From the NCBI GenBank assembly GCA_965200575.1, contig OZ241363.1, positions 24,415 to 88,414 on the forward strand: a stretch of DNA of 64,000 nt, written 5' to 3'. Below, one piece after another: positions 1 through 15,000 of the stretch (position 1 is the stretch's first letter; each line of letters begins with the position of its first letter). This DNA is from Thermoanaerobaculia bacterium. Lineage in GTDB: Bacteria > Acidobacteriota > Thermoanaerobaculia > Multivoradales > Multivoraceae. A program made the position numbers and the translations under genes. The notes under the pieces were generated by a model that was given only the letters and a program-made list of their open reading frames with translations, was not told where the DNA came from and made no database searches.

Positions 1-1
1 C

Positions 2-3000
2 ACGCAGGCTTCGAGCGAGGCGACCTTGAGCGTGAGCGGACCGCCGTCGGTGAGAGAGGACGCGGGTTCGGCGACGTACAGGGTGTCGCTGAGCCAGATG
101 TCTTCCGAGGCCGTGACGGTGGACTACGCGACGTCTGACGGCACGACGACGGCGGGTTCGGATTATGCGTCTTCAAGCGGGACGCTGACGTTTGCGGCGG
201 GCTCGACGGCGGCACAGACGGTGGAGGTGTCAATTACGGACGATTCGCTGGACGAATCAGACGAGACGTTCACCTTTGCGCTGAGCGGTCCGGAGAACGC
301 GTCGCTGTCGACGAGTGCGTCGAGCGTGACCACAACGATCGGCGACAACGACGAGCGCGCGGTGACGTTGTCGGTTTCGAGCCTGACGGTGACGGAGGGT
401 TCGACGGGCAGTTACACGGTGGTGCTGGGTTCTCAGCCGACGGGTAACGTGACGGTGACGCCGTCGGTGGCAGCGACCACAGACATCTCGTTCACTCCGT
501 CGTCGTTGACGTTCACGCCTTCGAACTGGGGCACTGCTCAGACGGTAACGGTGTCAGCTGCCGAGGACGACGACTCGGATGCGGATGCGGCGGTGACTCT
601 CAGCCACTCGGTATCCGGGGGCGACTACGGTTCGGTGTTGGCGGGTTCGGTGACGGTGACGATCACGGAGAACGACGAGCGCGCGGTGACGTTGTCGGTT
701 TCGAGCCTGACGGTGGCGGAGGGTTCGACGGGCAGTTACACGGTGGTGCTGGGTTCTCAGCCGACGGGTAATGTGACGGTGACTCCATCGGTACCGGCGA
801 ACACAGACGTTTCGTTTACTCCGTCGTCGTTGACGTTCACGCCTTCGAACTGGGGCACTGCTCAGACGGTAACGGTGTCAGCTGCCGAGGACGACGACTC
901 GGATGCGGATGCGGCGGTGACTCTCAGCCACTCGGTAACCGGTGGCGACTACGGTTCGGCGTCGGCAGATTCAGTGACGGTGACGATCACGGAGAACGAC
1001 ATGGGTGTCGTGGTCGACGCGGTCCACGCCGGGGACGAAGCGTTGACCGTCGTCTGGACCAGACCGGCCGACATTGCGGCGGCAGACATCACGAGTTACG
1101 ACGTCCGCTACATCCTCACCTCTGCAAGTGCCGCCGCCAGGAGCGACGACAGCAACTGGACTTTGACCAACGTCCCCTGGTCCTTCGGTCCGCTGGAGCG
1201 AATCCTGACCGGTCTGACGAACGGCTCGAGCTACGACGTCCAGGTGCGGGCCAGGGCAACGACCGGCGGCGGCACGGTCGACGAGTGGTCTTCGACGATG
1301 GCGGGGACGCCGAAGGAAGCTGGCGGAACTACGGGCACGGGGAACCTGCTCACGCTGGACGTTCCCTTGGGCGGGAGCATCGCCGCGCCCTCGGGAGGCG
1401 AGAACGACGTTGACGTCTTCACGTTCCAGGTAGCCGAACGGACGAATGTCGTGCTTTACACCCGGGCGTCGTTTTCGCTTCAGGGCGTGCTGAGAAGTTC
1501 GGGCGGCGCCGCTCTGACGGCCGAAAACCTGAGCAGAACGATAGTCGATGGCGAGGCGAGCCAGTTCGTTCACTCGAGAAGGCTGGACGCCGGCACGTAC
1601 CACCTGGAGGTTCGAGGTAGCGGTTCAGGGGCCGTCGGTCCCTTCGAGGTGTATGCCGTGACGGAAGGCCGGGAGCTCCGTCCGGGCGCTCAGATCGGCT
1701 CGATGGAAACCAGCCAGTTCAGCCAGCTCCCCGACAGTTTAGGCATTCCGTACAACGCGTACCGCCTCACCTTGCCGAAGGAAACGGACGTGATCGTTTT
1801 CTCGAATTCCCGGGCGTTCCCGAGAGGAGTCTTGGTCAACCCGGACGGCGCACAAATTAACTCGTCGCAGAGCATTCGCAGCCGTCTACCTGGCCACAGT
1901 GGATTCGTGTTGCGGCGCCGGCTACCAGCTGGTTCGCACCAGGTTTGGGTATTCACGTCGTCTTTTACCACGGACAGCAGATATCGGATGCACGTGGAGT
2001 TGGTGGAGCCGCCTGGAACGACCCGAAGTGCTGCGCGCAAGGTCCGGCTTGGGGAGATTGTCGGGGGCCGGGTCGACGCGCCGATGGACGAGAACTTCTT
2101 TCGGTTCACGCTCTCCCGGGACACGACGGTGTTTGCGCGTGTGGTCAGCAGAGATAGCCACCTTGATGGCACGCTCCTCGACAGCAACGGCGCCGTTGTC
2201 AACAAGACCTGGTGGGACCAGCCCGAGCGAATCAGTGACCACGGCAACCTCCTGACGCTGGCCGACCGTCTGGAGGCGGGCACGTACTTCCTGAAGGTGA
2301 CCAGACCAAACGACGGGCAACGCCGAGGAGGAGGCTACGCGTTGCGGGTCGTGGAGGATTGGCGCTCGCCGGATTGCTCGGAGATCAACGCCTTTGCCGG
2401 TGATGCGAACGTGAACGACGCTCTGCGCGGCTGCCTTTGGCACTTGAAGAACCCGGGGTTCACGCAAGAGGGCATGACGGCGGTCAAGGGAGAGGACATC
2501 AACGTCGAGGAGGTTTGGAATAAGGGGAACTTTGGGAAAGACGTCGTGATCGCGGTCGTCGATGACGGCCTGGATCACGCCCACCCGGACCTGCGGGAGA
2601 ATGTGGAAGCGAGCCGCAACCACAACTACATCTCCATGAAGGGTCGCAAGGACATTCTGTACCCGGGCGACAGCCACGGAACGGCTGTGGCCGGGATCAT
2701 CGCGGCAAGGGACAACGAGGTCGGACTGCGGGGCGTGGCGCCCCAGGCGAAGATCCACGGCTTCCGCATTTTCGGGGACGGCCAGGGCACTGAGGCCGAC
2801 TTTGCCGATGCGATGACGCGGCACATGGACGTCACGTCGATCTCGAACCACAGTTATGGCCCCCTGGACGGCCCAGGTCTCGACTATGCGTCTGCCGGTT
2901 GGGAGATGGCGGTGGACCAGGGGGTTCGGCAGGGCAACGGCGGCAAGGGCGTCTTCTACGTCCTCTCCGGCGGCAACGGCGGTAGTACGGATACCAGCGC

Positions 3001-6000
3001 TTTTGCCTTCGGCGACTACGCAACTTTCTCTGAGGACGCTACCTACCACGCCGTGACCGCGGTCTGCGCGCTCGATGCGCGGGGGCAGCGAGCGGACTAT
3101 TCGGAGATCGGCCCGAACCTCTGGGTGTGCGCGCCGTCGCACAACAGCAACGTCAACCCCCAGATCTTCCTTAAATCTACGATCGGCTACGGCGGCTACG
3201 GAGATTTCGGCGGCACCTCGGGCACAGCGCCCGCCGTGTCCGGCGTTGCAGCCCTCGTGCGAAAGGAAAACGCCAATCTGACGTGGCGCGACGTCAAGCT
3301 GATCCTGGCCGCCTCGGCACGCAAGAACGATGAGACGGACTCGGGCTGGGAGCAGGGAGCTTCCAAGTACAACGGCCCTGGCTCGGAAAAGTACAACTTC
3401 AACCACCAGTACGGCTTCGGCGCGGTTGACGCGAAGGCTGCCGTGGACCTCGCTGCCGGCTGGACGCTGCTGCCGACGTTCGTCGAGGCGCCGGAGGTCG
3501 AAGCCACGGTGAACCGGAACGTGCCGGATCCTCCGAGTGCGGGCGCCGAAGCAGGCATTTCGAGCACCCTGACAGTCGGCGACGACGTCGAGTTCATCGA
3601 GTTTGTCGAGGTGGACGCGACCTTCAACGCGCCGATGTTCAGGCACCTGACGTTGTCGCTGACGTCTCCGGCGGGCAAGGTCTCGACGCTTTCGGTTCCG
3701 TTTGGTGCGAGTTGCGAGGTGTGCGGGCTGATGGGCTCTCACCGTTTCGGCTCGGCTCGTCATCTCGGCGAGAACCCGAAGGGAACCTGGACGCTCAAGG
3801 CTGTGGACTCGGTGGATGGGGGCAACAACGAATGGAAGTCGTGGAGGCTGAAGATCTACGGCCATCGGTCGACTCCCGCCCGTCCAACAATCGACACGTT
3901 GACCCCAGGCACGGACTCGCTCACCGTGGCGTGGACCGCGCCGACAAACGTTGGCGAATCGGCTGTCACGTCGTACGACCTGCGTTACATCGAGAGCAGC
4001 AAGTCGGACGCGGACAAGTCGGACGATGCAAACTGGACCGTGGCGTCCAGCATCTGGACGTCCGGGGACCTCGAGTATGTGCTGGCCGGTCTGAGCGCCG
4101 GGACGAGTTACGACGTGCAGATCCGGGCGGTGAACGCAAAGGGATCTGGCCAGTGGTCTGCGACGGGCACCGTCAGCTCGACGGCTGTGACGGCTGTGAC
4201 GGTGTCGTTCGGTTCCGCCACGTACAACGTGACGGAGGGATCTTCGGTGGGCGTAACGGTCACGTTGAGCGCGCCGCCCAAGCGGTCGGTGCAGATCTCC
4301 GTAGCCACGACGAATGGGTCCGGCGCTACAGCCGGGGATTACAGCGGTGTGCCGAGTTCGGTGTCGTTCGGCAGCGAAGACACGTCGAAGACGTTCACGT
4401 TCGAAGCGACGGACGATTCGGTGGACGAGTCAAGCGAGACGGTGAGTCTGTCGTTCGGTTCGCTGCCTGCCGGGGTGAGCGCTGGCACGACGTCAACGTC
4501 GACGGTGACGATCACGGACAACGATACGCGAGCGGTGACGTTGTCGGCGACTTCCCTGACGGTGACGGAGGGTTCGACGGGCAGCTACACGGTGGTACTG
4601 GGTTCCCAGCCGACGGCGGACGTGACGGTGACGCCCTCGGTGCCAGACAGCACGGACGTGTCGTTCACTCCGTCGTCGTTGACGTTCACGTCTTCGACCT
4701 GGAGCACCGCTCAGACGGTGACGGTGTCCGCCGCGGAGGACGACGACGCGGCGGCGGATGCGGCGGTGACTCTGAGTCACGCGGTGTCCGGCGGTGACTA
4801 CGGTTCGGTGTCGGTGGGTTCGGTGACGGTGACGATCACGGAGAACGACGCGGCGACGTTCAGCGTGAGCGGTCCTTCGTCGGTCGCGGAGAGCGCGGGC
4901 ACGGCGACGTACAGCGTGTCTCTGAGCGCTCAGCCTGGTGCTGACGTGACGGTGAAGTACGCGACGTCGGACGGCAGTGCGGCGGCGGGTTCGGACTATT
5001 CGTCTTCGAGCGGCACCTTGACGTTCACGCCGTCGAACTGGAACACGGCCCAGACGGTTTCGGTGTCGATCACGGACGATTCGTCGTCGGAGAGCGACGA
5101 GACGTTCACGTTGGCTCTGAGCGAGGCGAGCAGCGGTTCGGCGCTGTCGACGAGCGCCTCTTCGGTCGAGACAACGATCACGGACAACGACACGCGTGGC
5201 GTGACGTTGTCGGCGACTTCCCTGACGGTGACGGAGGGTTCGACGGGCAGTTACACGGTGGTACTGGGTTCCCAGCCGACGGCGGACGTGACGGTGACGC
5301 CCTCGGTGCCAGACAGCACGGACGTGTCGTTCACTCCGTCGTCGTTGACGTTCACGTCTTCGACCTGGAGCACTGCTCAGACGGTGACGGTGTCCGCCGC
5401 GGAGGACGACGACGCGGCAGCGGATGCGGCGGTGACTCTGAGTCACGCGGTGTCCGGCGGTGACTACGGTTCGGTGTCGGTGGGTTCGGTGACGGTGACG
5501 ATCACGGAGAACGACGCGGCGACGTTCAGCGTGAGCGGTCCCGCGTCGGTCGCGGAGGGGGCGGGCACGGCGACGTACAGCGTGTCTTTGAGCGCTCAGC
5601 CTGGTGCTGACGTGACGGTGAAGTACGCGACGTCGGACGGCAGTGCGGCGGCGGGTTCGGACTATTCGTCTTCGAGCGGCACCTTGACGTTCACGCCGTC
5701 GAACTGGAACACGGCCCAGACGGTTTCGGTGTCGATCACGGACGATTCGTCATCGGAGAGCGACGAGACGTTCACGTTGGCTCTGAGCGAGGCGAGCAGC
5801 GGTTCGGCGCTGTCGACGAGCGCCTCTTCGGTCGAGACAACGATCACGGACAATGACGAGTCGACGCCGACGAAGGTGACGAACCTCCAGGTGAGTCCCG
5901 GTAATGGACTGTTGAACGTGACCTGGACGGCAGCGAGCGTGGCACCGAACGGTTACAGCGTGCGCTGGCGCGTTCGCGGTGAGGGTTTGCTGTCTCCGAT

Positions 6001-9000
6001 CAACGAGGTGGACGGCACGTCGTTCACGATTCCGAATCTGACCAACGGCACGACGTACGTGGTGCGTGTGGACACGCGCAACGCTGCGGACAACGGCACG
6101 CATCCGGGTACGAACGTGGCTGCGATCGGCACGCCGGTGGGTCTGGTTCTCTCGGTGACGAGTCTGACGGTGCCGGAAGGGAGTTCCGGCACGTACACGG
6201 TGAAGTTGACGACTGAGCCGACGGGTAACGTGACGGTGACGGTCGGCGGGGCTTCGGGTGACGTGACGGTGGACACGAACGGTGGCACGTCAGGGAATCA
6301 GAACACTCTGACGTTTACGTCTTCGAACTGGGACACGGCTCAGACGGTGACGGTGTCAGCTGCGGAGGATGGGGATGTATCGGATGACTCTGCGACGCTG
6401 AGCCACACGGCGGCGGGCGGCGGCTACGGTTCGGTGAGCGGCGGTGCCGTGTCGGTGACGGTGGAGGACAACGACACGCGCGCGGTGACGTTGTCGGTGA
6501 CGAGTCTGACGGTGCCGGAAGGTGGTTCCGGCACGTACACGTTGAAGCTGACGACTGAGCCGACGGGTAACGTGACAGTGACGGTCGGCGGTGCTTCGGG
6601 TGACGTGACGGTGGACACGAACGGTGGCACGTCAGGGAATCAGGACACTCTGACGTTCACGTCTTCGACCTGGAGCACGGCTCAGACGGTGACGGTGTCC
6701 GCCGCGGAGGACGACGACGCGGCGGCGGATGCGGCGGTGACTCTGAGTCACGCGGTATCCGGCGGTGACTACGGTTCGGTGACGGTGGGTTCGGTAACGG
6801 TGACGATCACGGAGAACGACGCGGCGACGTTCAGCGTGAGCGGTCCCGCGTCGGTCGCGGAGGGTGCTGGCACGGCGACGTTCAGCGTGTCTTTGAGCGC
6901 TCAGCCTGGTGCTGACGTGACGGTGAAGTACGCGACGTCGGACGGCAGTGCGGCGGCGGGTTCGGACTATTCGTCTTCGAGCGGCACCTTGACCTTCACG
7001 CCGTCGAACTGGAACACGGCCCAGACGGTTTCGGTGTCGATCACGGACGATTCGTCATCGGAGAGCGACGAGACGTTCACGTTGGCTCTGAGCGAGGCGA
7101 GCAGCGGTTCGGTTTTGTCGACGAGCGCCTCTTCGGTCGAGACAACGATCACGGACAACGACACGCGTGGCGTGACGTTGTCGGTTGCGACGCTGACGGT
7201 GACGGAGGGTTCGACGGGCAGCTACACGGTGGTGCTGGGTTCCCAGCCGACGGCGGACGTGACGGTGACGCCCTCGGTGCCAGACAGCACGGACGTGTCG
7301 TTCACTCCGTCGTCGTTGACGTTCACGTCTTCGACCTGGAGCACCGCTCAGACGGTGACGGTGTCCGCCGCGGAGGACGACGACGCGGCAGCGGATGCGG
7401 CGGTGACTCTGAGTCACGCGGTGTCCGGCGGTGACTACGGTTCGGTGTCGGCGGGTTCGGTGACGGTGACGATCACGGAGAACGACGCGGCGACGTTCAG
7501 CGTGAGCGGTCCCGCGTCGGTTGCGGAGGGGGCGGGCACGGCGACGTACAGCGTGTCTTTGAGCGCTCAGCCTGGTGCTGACGTGACGGTGAAGTACGCG
7601 ACGTCGGACGGCAGTGCGGCGGCGGGTTCGGACTATTCGTCTTCGAGCGGCACCTTGACCTTCACGCCGTCGAACTGGAACACGGCCCAGACGGTTTCGG
7701 TGTCGATCACGGACGATTCGTCATCGGAGAGCGACGAGACGTTCACGTTGGCTCTGAGCGAGGCGAGCAGCGGTTCGGCGCTGTCGACGAGCGCCTCTTC
7801 GGTCGAGACAACGATCACGGACAATGACGAGTCGACGCCGACGAAGGTGACGAACCTCCAGGTGAGTCCCGGTAATGGACTGTTGAACGTGACCTGGACG
7901 GCAGCGAGCGTGGCACCGAACGGTTACAGCGTGCGCTGGCGCGTTCGCGGTGAGGGTTTGCTGTCTCCGATCAACGAGGTGGACGGCACGTCGTTCACGA
8001 TTCCGAATCTGACCAACGGCACGACGTACGTGGTGCGTGTGGACACGCGCAACGCTGCGGACAACGGCACGCATCCGGGTACGAACGTGGCTGCGATCGG
8101 CACGCCGGTGGGTCTGGTTCTCTCGGTGACGAGTCTGACGGTGCCGGAAGGGAGTTCCGGCACGTACACGGTGAAGTTGACGACTGAGCCGACGGGTAAC
8201 GTGACGGTGACGGTCGGCGGGGCTTCGGGTGACGTGACGGTGGACACGAACGGTGGCACGTCAGGGAATCAGAACACTCTGACGTTTACGTCTTCGAACT
8301 GGGACACGGCTCAGACGGTGACGGTGTCAGCTGCGGAGGATGGGGATGTATCGGATGACTCTGCGACGCTGAGCCACACGGCGGCGGGCGGCGGCTACGG
8401 TTCGGTGAGCGGCGGTGCCGTGTCGGTGACGGTGGAGGACAACGACACGCGCGCGGTGACGTTGTCGGTGACGAGTCTGACGGTGCCGGAAGGTGGTTCC
8501 GGCACGTACACGTTGAAGCTGACGACTGAGCCGACGGGTAACGTGACAGTGACGGTCGGCGGTGCTTCGGGTGACGTGACGGTGGACACGAACGGTGGCA
8601 CGTCAGGGAATCAGGACACTCTGACGTTCACGTCTTCGACCTGGAGCACGGCTCAGACGGTGACGGTGTCCGCCGCGGAGGACGACGACGCGGCAGCGGA
8701 TGCGGCGGTGACTCTGAGTCACGCGGTGTCCGGCGGTGACTACGGTTCGGTGTCGGTGGGTTCGGTGACGGTGACGATCACGGAGAACGACGCGGCGACG
8801 TTCAGCGTGAGCGGTCCCGCGTCGGTCGCGGAGGGTGCTGGCACGGCGACGTTCAGCGTGTCTTTGAGCGCTCAGCCTGGTGCTGACGTGACGGTGAAGT
8901 ACGCGACGTCGGACGGCAGTGCGGCGGCGGGTTCGGACTATTCGTCTTCGAGCGGCACCTTGACCTTCACGCCGTCGAACTGGAACACGGCCCAGACGGT

Positions 9001-12000
9001 TTCGGTGTCGATCACGGACGATTCGTCATCGGAGAGCGACGAGACGTTCACGTTGGCTCTGAGCGAGGCGAGCAGCGGTTCGGTTTTGTCGACGAGCGCC
9101 TCTTCGGTCGAGACAACGATCACGGACAACGACACGCGTGGCGTGACGTTGTCGGTTGCGACGCTGACGGTGACGGAGGGTTCGACGGGCAGCTACACGG
9201 TGGTGCTGGGTTCCCAGCCGACGGCGGACGTGACGGTGACGCCCTCGGTGCCAGACAGCACGGACGTGTCGTTCACTCCGTCGTCGTTGACGTTCACGTC
9301 TTCGACCTGGAGCACTGCTCAGACGGTGACGGTGTCCGCCGCGGAGGACGACGACGCGGCAGCGGATGCGGCGGTGACTCTGAGTCACGCGGTGTCCGGC
9401 GGTGACTACGGTTCGGTGACGGCGGGTTCGGTGACGGTGACGATCACGGAGAACGACGCGGCGACGTTCAGCGTGAGCGGTCCCGCGTCGGTTGCGGAGG
9501 GGGCGGGCACGGCGACGTACAGCGTGTCTTTGAGCGCTCAGCCTGGTGCTGACGTGACGGTGAAGTACGCGACGTCGGACGGCAGTGCGGCGGCGGGTTC
9601 GGACTATTCGTCTTCGAGCGGCACCTTGACGTTCACGCCGTCGAACTGGAACACGGCCCAGACGGTTTCGGTGTCGATCACGGACGATTCGTCATCGGAG
9701 AGCGACGAGACGTTCACGTTTGGTCTGAGCGAGGCGAGCAGCGGTTCGGCGCTGTCGACGACGGCGTCATCGGTCGCGACGACGATCACGGACAACGACG
9801 ATTCGACGCCGACGAAGGTGACGAACCTTCAGGTGAGTCCCGGCAATGGGTCGTTGAACGTGAGCTGGACGGCCGCCAGCGAGGCGCCGCACGGTTACAG
9901 CGTGCGCTGGCGCGTTCGCGGTGAGAGTTTGCTGTCTCCGATCAACGAGGTGGACGGCACGTCGTTCACGATTCCGAATCTGACCAACGGCACGACGTAC
10001 GTGGTGCGCGTGGACACGCGCAATGCTGCGGACAACGGTGTTCATCCGGGCACAAACGTGGTCGCCCTCGGCACGCCGGTGGGCCTGGTTCTCTCGGTGA
10101 CGAGTCTGACGGTGCCGGAGGGGGGTTCCGGCACCTACACGGTGAAGTTGACGAGTGAGCCGACGGGTAACGTGACGGTGACGGTCGGCGGCGCGTCAGG
10201 TGACGTGACGGTGGACACGAACGGTGGCGCATCAGGGAATCAGAACACTCTGACGTTTACGTCTTCGAACTGGGACACGGCTCAGACGGTGACGGTGTCA
10301 GCTGCGGAGGATGGGGATGTATCGGATGACTCTGCGACGCTGAGCCACACGGCGGCGGGCGGCGGCTACGGTTCGGTGAGCGGCGGTGCCGTGTCGGTGA
10401 CGGTGGAGGACAACGACACGCGAGCGGTGACGTTATCGGTGACGAGTCTGACGGTGCCGGAGGGTTCGACGGGCAGTTACACGTTGGTGCTGGGTTCCCA
10501 GCCGACGGGTAACGTGACGGTGACGCCCTCGGTGCCAGACAGCACGGACGTGTCGTTCACTCCGTCGTCGTTGACGTTCACGTCGTCGACCTGGAGCACG
10601 GCTCGGACGGTTACGGTGTCAGCCGCGGAGGACGACGACGCGGCAGCGGATGCGGCGGTGACTCTGAGTCACGCGGTATCCGGCGGTGACTACGGTTCGG
10701 TGTCGGTGGGTTCGGTAACGGTGACGATCACGGAGAACGACACGGCGACGTTCAGCGTGAGCGGTCCTGCGTCGGTTGCGGAGGGTGCGGGCACGGCGAC
10801 GTACAGCGTGTCTCTGAGCGCTCAGCCTGGTGCTGACGTGTCGGTGAAGTACGCGACGTCGGACGGCAGTGCGGCGTCGGGTTCGGACTATTCGTCTTCG
10901 AGCGGCACGTTGACGTTCACGCCGTCGAACTGGAATACGGCCCAGACGGTTTCGGTGTCGATCACGGACGATTCGTCATCGGAGAGCGACGAGACGTTCA
11001 CGTTGGCTCTGAGCGAGGCGACCGGCGGTTCGGCGGTGTCGACGACGGCGTCATCGGTCGCGACGACGATCACGGACAACGACGAGTCGACGCCGACGAA
11101 GGTGACGAACCTTCAGGTGAGCCCCGGCAATGGGTCGTTGAACGTGAGCTGGACAGCAGCCAGCGAGGCGCCGCACGGTTACAGCGTGCGCTGGCGCGTT
11201 CGCGGTGAGAGTTTGCTGTCTCCGATCAACGAGGTGGACGGCACGTCGTTCACGATTCCGAATCTGACCAACGGCACGACGTACGTGGTGCGCGTGGACA
11301 CGCGCAACGCTGCGGACAACGGTGTGCAGCCGGGCACGAACGTGGTCGCCCTCGGCACGCCGGTGGGCGTGGTTCTCTCGGTGACGAGTCTGACGGTGCC
11401 GGAGGGGGGGTCCGGCACGTACACGGTGAAGTTGACGAGTGAGCCGACGGGTAACGTGACGGTGACGGTCGGCGGCGCGTCAGGTGACGTGACGGTGGAC
11501 ACGAACGGTGGCGCGTCAGGGAATCAGAACACTCTGACGTTCACGTCTTCGAACTGGGACACGGCTCGGACGGTGACGGTGTCGGCTGCGGAGGATGGGG
11601 ATGTATCGGATGACTCTGCGACGCTGAGCCACACGGCGTCGGGCGGCGGCTACGGTTCGGCGAGCGGCGGTGCCGTGTCGGTGACGGTGGAGGACAACGA
11701 CACGCGCGCGGTGACGTTGTCGGTGACGAGTCTGACGGTGCCGGAGGGTTCGACGGGTACATACACGTTGGTGCTGGGTTCCCAGCCGACGGCGGACGTG
11801 ACGGTGACGCCCTCGGCGCCGGAGAACACGGACGTGTCGTTCACTCCGTCGTCGTTGACGTTCACGTCTTCGACCTGGAGCACGGCTCGGACGGTGACGG
11901 TGTCCGCCGCGGAGGACGACGACGCGGCAGCGGATGCGGCGGTGACTCTGAGTCACGCGGTATCCGGCGGTGACTACGGTTCGGTGACGGCGGGTTCGGT

Positions 12001-15000
12001 GACGGTGACGATCACGGAGAACGACACGGCGACGTTCAGCGTGGTCGGTCCTTCTTCGGTTGCGGAGGGCGTCGGCACGGCGACGTACAGCGTGTCTCTG
12101 AGCGCTCAGCCTGGTGCTGACGTGTCGGTGAAGTACGGGACGTCGGACGGCAGTGCGGCGTCGGGTTCGGACTATTCGTCTTCGAGCGGCACGTTGACCT
12201 TCACGCCGTCGAACTGGGACACGGCTCAGACGGTTTCGGTGTCGATCACGGACGATTCGTCATCGGAGAGCGACGAGACGTTCACGTTGGCTCTGAGCGA
12301 GGCGACCGGCGGTTCGGCGGTGTCGACGACGGCGTCATCGGTCGCGACGACGATCACGGACAACGACGAGTCGACGCCGACGAAGGTGACGAACCTTCAG
12401 GTGAGTCCCGGCAATGGGTCGTTGAGCGTGAGCTGGACGGCCGCCAGCGAGGCGCCGCACGGTTACAGCGTGCGCTGGCGCGTTCGCGGTCAGGGTTTGC
12501 TGTCTCCGGTCAACGAGGTGGACGGCACGTCGTTCACGATTCCGAATCTGACCAACGGCACGACGTACGTGGTGCGTGTGGACACGCGCAACGCTGCGGA
12601 CAACGGTGTTCAGCCGGGCACCAACGTGGTCGCCCTCGGCACGCCGGTGGGTCTGGTCCTCTCGGTGACGAGTCTGACGGTGCCGGAAGGGGGTTCCGGC
12701 ACCTACACGTTGAAGTTGACGAGTCAGCCGACGAGTAACGTGACGGTGACGGTCGGCGGCGCGTCGGGTGACGTGTCGGTGGACACGAACGGTGGCGCAT
12801 CAGGGAATCAGAACACTCTGACGTTCACGTCGTCGAACTGGAGCACGGCTCGGACGGTGCGTGTGTCAGCTGCGGAGGACGACGACGCGGCAGCGGATGC
12901 GGCGGTGACTCTCGGCCACTCGGTGACCGGTGGCGACTACGGTTCGGTGACGGTGACGATCACGGAGAACGACACGGCGACGTTCAGCGTGGCCGGTCCC
13001 TCTTCGGTTGCGGAGGGTGCGGGCACGGCGACGTACAGCGTGTCTCTGAGCGCTCAGCCTGGTGCTGACGTGACGGTGAAGTACGGGACGTCGGACGGCA
13101 GTGCGGCGGCGGGTTCGGACTATTCGTCTTCGAGCGGCACGTTGACCTTCACGCCGTCGAACTGGGACACGGCTCAGACGGTTTCGGTGTCGATCACGGA
13201 CGATTCGTCATCGGAGAGCGACGAGACGTTCACGTTGGCTCTGAGCGAGGCGACCGGCGGTTCGGCGGTGTCGACGACGGCGTCATCGGTCGCGACGACG
13301 ATCACGGACGACGACGAGTCGACGCCGACGAAGGTGACGAACCTTCAGGTGAGCCCCGGCAACGGGTCGTTGAACGTGAGCTGGACGGCCGCCAGCGAGG
13401 CGCCGCACGGCTACAGCGTGCGCTGGCGCGTTCGCGGTCAGGGTTTGCTGTCTCCGGTCAACGAGGTGGACGGCACGTCGTTCACGATTCCGAATCTGAC
13501 CAACGGCACGACGTACGTGGTGCGCGTGGACACGCGCAACGCTGCGGACAACGGTGTGCATCCGGGCACGAACGTGGTCGCCCTCGGCACGCCGGTGGGT
13601 CTGGTTCTCTCGGTGACGAGTCTGACGGTGCCGGAGGGGGGTTCCGGCACCTACACGGTGAAGTTGACGAGTCAGCCGACGAGTAACGTGACGGTGACGG
13701 TCGGCGGCGCGTCAGGTGACGTGACGGTGGACACGAACGGTGGCACGTCAGGGAATCAGAACACTCTGACGTTCACGTCGTCGAACTGGAGCACGGCTCG
13801 GACGGTGCGTGTGTCAGCTGCGGAGGACGACGACGCGGCAGCGGATGCGGCGGTGACTCTCGGCCACTCGGTGACCGGTGGCGACTACGGTTCGGTGACG
13901 GTGACGATCACGGAGAACGACACGGCGACGTTCAGCGTGGCCGGTCCCTCTTCGGTTGCGGAGGGTGCGGGCACGGCGACGTACAGCGTGTCTCTGAGCG
14001 CTCAGCCTGGTGCTGACGTGACGGTGAAGTACGGGACGTCGGACGGCAGTGCGGCGTCGGGTTCGGACTATTCGTCTTCGAGCGGCACGTTGACCTTCAC
14101 GCCGTCGAACTGGGACACGGCTCAGACGGTTTCGGTGTCGATCACGGACGATTCGTCATCGGAGAGCGACGAGACGTTCACGTTGGCTCTGAGCGAGGCG
14201 ACCGGCGGTTCGGCGGTGTCGACGACGGCGTCATCGGTCGCGACGACGATCACGGACGACGACGAGTCGACGCCGACGAAGGTGACGAACCTTCAGGTGA
14301 GCCCCGGCAACGGGTCGTTGAACGTGAGCTGGACGGCCGCCAGCGAGGCGCCGCACGGCTACAGCGTGCGCTGGCGCGTTCGCGGTCAGGGTTTGCTGTC
14401 TCCGGTCAACGAGGTGGACGGCACGTCGTTCACGATTCCGAATCTGACCAACGGCACGACGTACGTGGTGCGCGTGGACACGCGCAACGCTGCGGACAAC
14501 GGTGTTCAGCCGGGCACCAACGTGGTCGCCCTCGGCACGCCGGTGGGCCTGGTTCTCTCGGTGACGAGCCTGACGGTGCCGGAAGGGGGTTCTCGCACGT
14601 ACACGTTGAAGTTGACGAGTCAGCCGACGGGTAACGTGACGGTGACGGTCGGCGGCGCGTCGGGTGACGTGTCGGTGGACACGAACGGTGGCGCATCAGG
14701 GAATCAGAACACTCTGACGTTCACGTCTTCGAACTGGGACACGGCTCGGACGGTGCGTGTGTCAGCCGCGGAGGACGACGACGCGGCAGCGGATGCGGCG
14801 GTGACTCTCGGCCACTCGGTGACCGGTGGCGACTACGGTTCGGTGACGGTGACGATCACGGAGAACGACACGGCGACGTTCAGCGTGGCCGGTCCCTCTT
14901 CGGTTGCGGAGGGTGCTGGCACGGCGACGTACAGCGTGTCTCTGAGCGCTCGGCCTGGCGGGAACGTGACGGTGAAGTACGGGACGTCGGACGGCAGTGC

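Noticed and set aside
26-28. TTG at 26 as the start of the giant gene
   Set aside because: The frame is open to the window edge, there is no SD or signal peptide, and the sequence begins mid Calx-beta module.
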